Positions 62,178 to 64,000 of a DNA stretch of 64,000 nucleotides are shown one piece after another. The translations under genes and the position numbers were made by a program. The notes below the pieces were generated by a model. The model was not told where the DNA came from. It saw nothing but the letters and a program-made list of their open reading frames with translations, and searched no databases. The DNA is from Candidatus Harrysmithiimonas galli (GTDB lineage: Bacteria; Bacillota; Bacilli; CAJFEE01): assembly GCA_904373265.1 (NCBI GenBank), contig CAJFEE010000008.1, forward strand, positions 1,132 through 65,131. The letters are read 5' to 3'. Numbering within the stretch: the stretch's first letter is position 1; each line of letters begins with the position of its first letter.

Positions 62178-62760
62178 TTAAACTGTTTGTTGTCTTCTTC
62201 CTACTTCTGTTGTCTGCGGTTTGGTATAAAAGAGGATTTCTCCAACAAAGTTAAACACAATATCCACTGCTTCCCGTTTACCTTTTCTTACACATGGACG
62301 ATGATTCTCTTTATAAACTCGTTGATGATTGTAAATGTCCATTCTGATTATCTTAACATACATGCAGATAATAATGGCGAAGCTGTCAAAATTGTTTTTA
62401 TTCTGCACATAGATGTCGGTTTCTTTTTGTTCGACTTTTACCTTTTCTGTCAATTCCCGCTGCTTTTGTATCAATTCCATAAATGCAGTAATGTTCCTAT
62501 AAAACAACGCCATCACGTCAAATATCCATGGGCAGACAGTCTTGCTTTAAGACTTCCTCGACAGATAAAGTAACCCGTATAGCTTCCTGTATTGCTCTTA
62601 TAATTCGCACAATAATGGTCTTGTGAGCCATCAAAACGCTTACAGGTAAGCAAAATGCAGCTTGCCCGAATGTCTCTTTCCTGTCCCTGCACCCGTTTGA
62701 TTATGCGAACTTTCTTGCTTGTGTACTTTGTATAAAAGTCACTTGAGATGTTCCTTTAAA
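62178..62760 (-). pseudogene. Relic of a large serine recombinase (C-terminal zinc-ribbon/coiled-coil/tail only, frameshifted)
   Basis: Pieces in two frames: ...LLTCKRFDGSQDHYCANYKSNTG... and ...DIDVMALFYRNITAFMELIQKQRELTEK...AVDIVFNFVGEI. These resemble the C-terminal region of large serine recombinases. No N-terminal resolvase catalytic domain is present. Confidence 0.4.
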
Positions 62761-62920
62761 ATATGGAAAACAGAAAATACCACAATATGGCGATCGATCA
62801 TGCTTTAAAACAAGAAAATGTGATTGATCCTATGGTGGCGCAAATGCGCCGTTCATCTTGACCGTTGATTGGCTCGGCTGGCTTTGCTATAGTCCTCCAA
62901 ATTAAAATTCAGTGCTATTT

Positions 62921-64000
62921 TTATTTCAATGTTAAAAAAACTTTATATATTCCGATGAATAGCAACAAGAACGCACTTACAACTAAAACAAAGAACAAAT
63001 CTTTTACAAAGTACCACACCACCCAAAGAGGAACACCCAGTAAATACGGTAAGAGCAATAGAATAATAGGCAGAATGCCATGTATTAGAATATCTATAAC
63101 AATTTGTTTCTTTGTATGATTCTTTTTCTTCCATCTCCTAATAACGAGTATCGGGAACACAGCAATTATCATAATCAAAAGATAGATTAGATTGAGCAAA
63201 ATATGGTATCTGACATAAATATTATCTGAAACTTCCGACATTTCTTCTCCAAAAAGAGGCATTATAATATTGTTTATCAGATTATTGCCCACAAAGTAGT
63301 CATTCATATTCACTAAAACTGCGATACCAATTCCGCTTTCTGGAAAAATAAACATATTAGATGTGTAATTTTCAACTAATCCAGAATGATTGAGAACTGG
63401 TTCATCAAAGTCATAAGATAAAACCCAACCCATTCCATAGAAATACAGATTGTTTTCATCTTGCGGCACATTATCGTAAAACATAGTGTCAAGACTGTCT
63501 TTGCTGATAATGCCGTTGCCGTTATTCAGATACATCTGCAAATAATTCCCCATATCTGAGGCGCAAGAACTTATGTATCCGGCTGGAACGGTTGACCATG
63601 AACGGTCATTGGGATAGTCAGATCCTCCTGCAATAGGTATACCGAAATAATTTCTATATCCGGTAATAAGTCCATCAGCTTTGCTGTTATCGAATGTAGC
63701 TGATGAATGCTCCATTTCAAGCGGAGAAAAGATATGCTGCTCTACATAATCTGAATAGCTTTTACCGCTTACTGATTCTATAATCTTTCCGAGCAAACCG
63801 TAATTTACATTTGCATATTCATATTTACCGTAGCTATCGGTAATTTTTGCAGACCCAAATCTTTGGTAAGTACCAAGTCCGCTTGTATGATTAAGCAACT
63901 GCCTAACTGTAATCCTGTTACCATCCAATGCGTCTTTTAGGTATAACGACACATCAATGTAGTCTGAAATTGGCGTGTCCAAATCAATCTTATCTTGCTC
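62921..64000 (-). CDS. Beta-lactamase-related serine hydrolase with C-terminal multi-TM anchor (5' end outside the window)
   Basis: LLNHTSGLG, YANVNYGLLGKIIE and a hydrophobic C-terminus. The reading frame stays open to the window edge, so the SxxK region is not visible. Confidence 0.7.
   Translation of the reverse strand, partial: EQDKIDLDTPISDYIDVSLYLKDALDGNRITVRQLLNHTSGLGTYQRFGSAKITDSYGKYEYANVNYGLLGKIIESVSGKSYSDYVEQHIFSPLEMEHSSATFDNSKADGLITGYRNYFGIPIAGGSDYPNDRSWSTVPAGYISSCASDMGNYLQMYLNNGNGIISKDSLDTMFYDNVPQDENNLYFYGMGWVLSYDFDEPVLNHSGLVENYTSNMFIFPESGIGIAVLVNMNDYFVGNNLINNIIMPLFGEEMSEVSDNIYVRYHILLNLIYLLIMIIAVFPILVIRRWKKKNHTKKQIVIDILIHGILPIILLLLPYLLGVPLWVVWYFVKDLFFVLVVSAFLLLFIGIYKVFLTLK

Noticed and set aside
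62079-62573. 164-aa plus-strand ORF.
   Set aside because: It is antisense to the serine-recombinase relic, has no RBS or motifs, and has an odd composition. The recombinase-like reading on the minus strand explains the open frame better.

Overview
Low-GC, Firmicutes/Clostridia-like chromosomal segment, transcribed almost entirely from the minus strand. All calls come from reading the ORF translations and the DNA by eye; no searches were run.

(1) 0.6-20.6 kb: a flagellin gene plus a ~16 kb flagellin-glycosylation island.
- It encodes a Maf protein and PseG/PseB/NeuB-like genes.
- It encodes rfbF-rfbG-rfbH for a CDP-3,6-dideoxyhexose, a YerE-like ThDP enzyme and reductases.
- It encodes two methyltransferases, two radical-SAM/SPASM paralogues and a TPR-GT2 glycosyltransferase.
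- Both the flagellin gene and the island are preceded by near-consensus sigma-D (sigma-28) promoters.
- One radical-SAM gene is split by a G9 homopolymer, a candidate phase-variation switch.

(2) 20.9-28 kb: pgi, ilvA, an EamA transporter, a 1.8 kb ORF-poor stretch, and a secreted S1B protease fused to a ricin-type lectin.

(3) 28.8-36.1 kb: an HxlR-associated operon bracketed by two PEBP/YbhB paralogues.
- Gene order is family III CoA-transferase, LeuCD-like hydratase, PrpF/Mii-like isomerase, HMG-CoA-lyase-family lyase, PEBP.
- I propose it is a non-canonical, late-CoA-activation itaconate/citraconate -> (R)-citramalyl-CoA catabolic route.

(4) 36.6-64 kb: mostly core metabolism with some relics.
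- An IS256-like transposase relic, then hisZ-G-C-B-H-A-F-IE.
- A PHP phosphatase-metA pair, a YgbA-like gene, DUF523 and a DASS transporter.
- A T-box-controlled ilvB-N-C-leuB-C-D operon and ilvD.
- A low-complexity ORF, CapA, a large-serine-recombinase relic and a partial beta-lactamase-like gene.

No rRNA, tRNA or CRISPR array was recognised.
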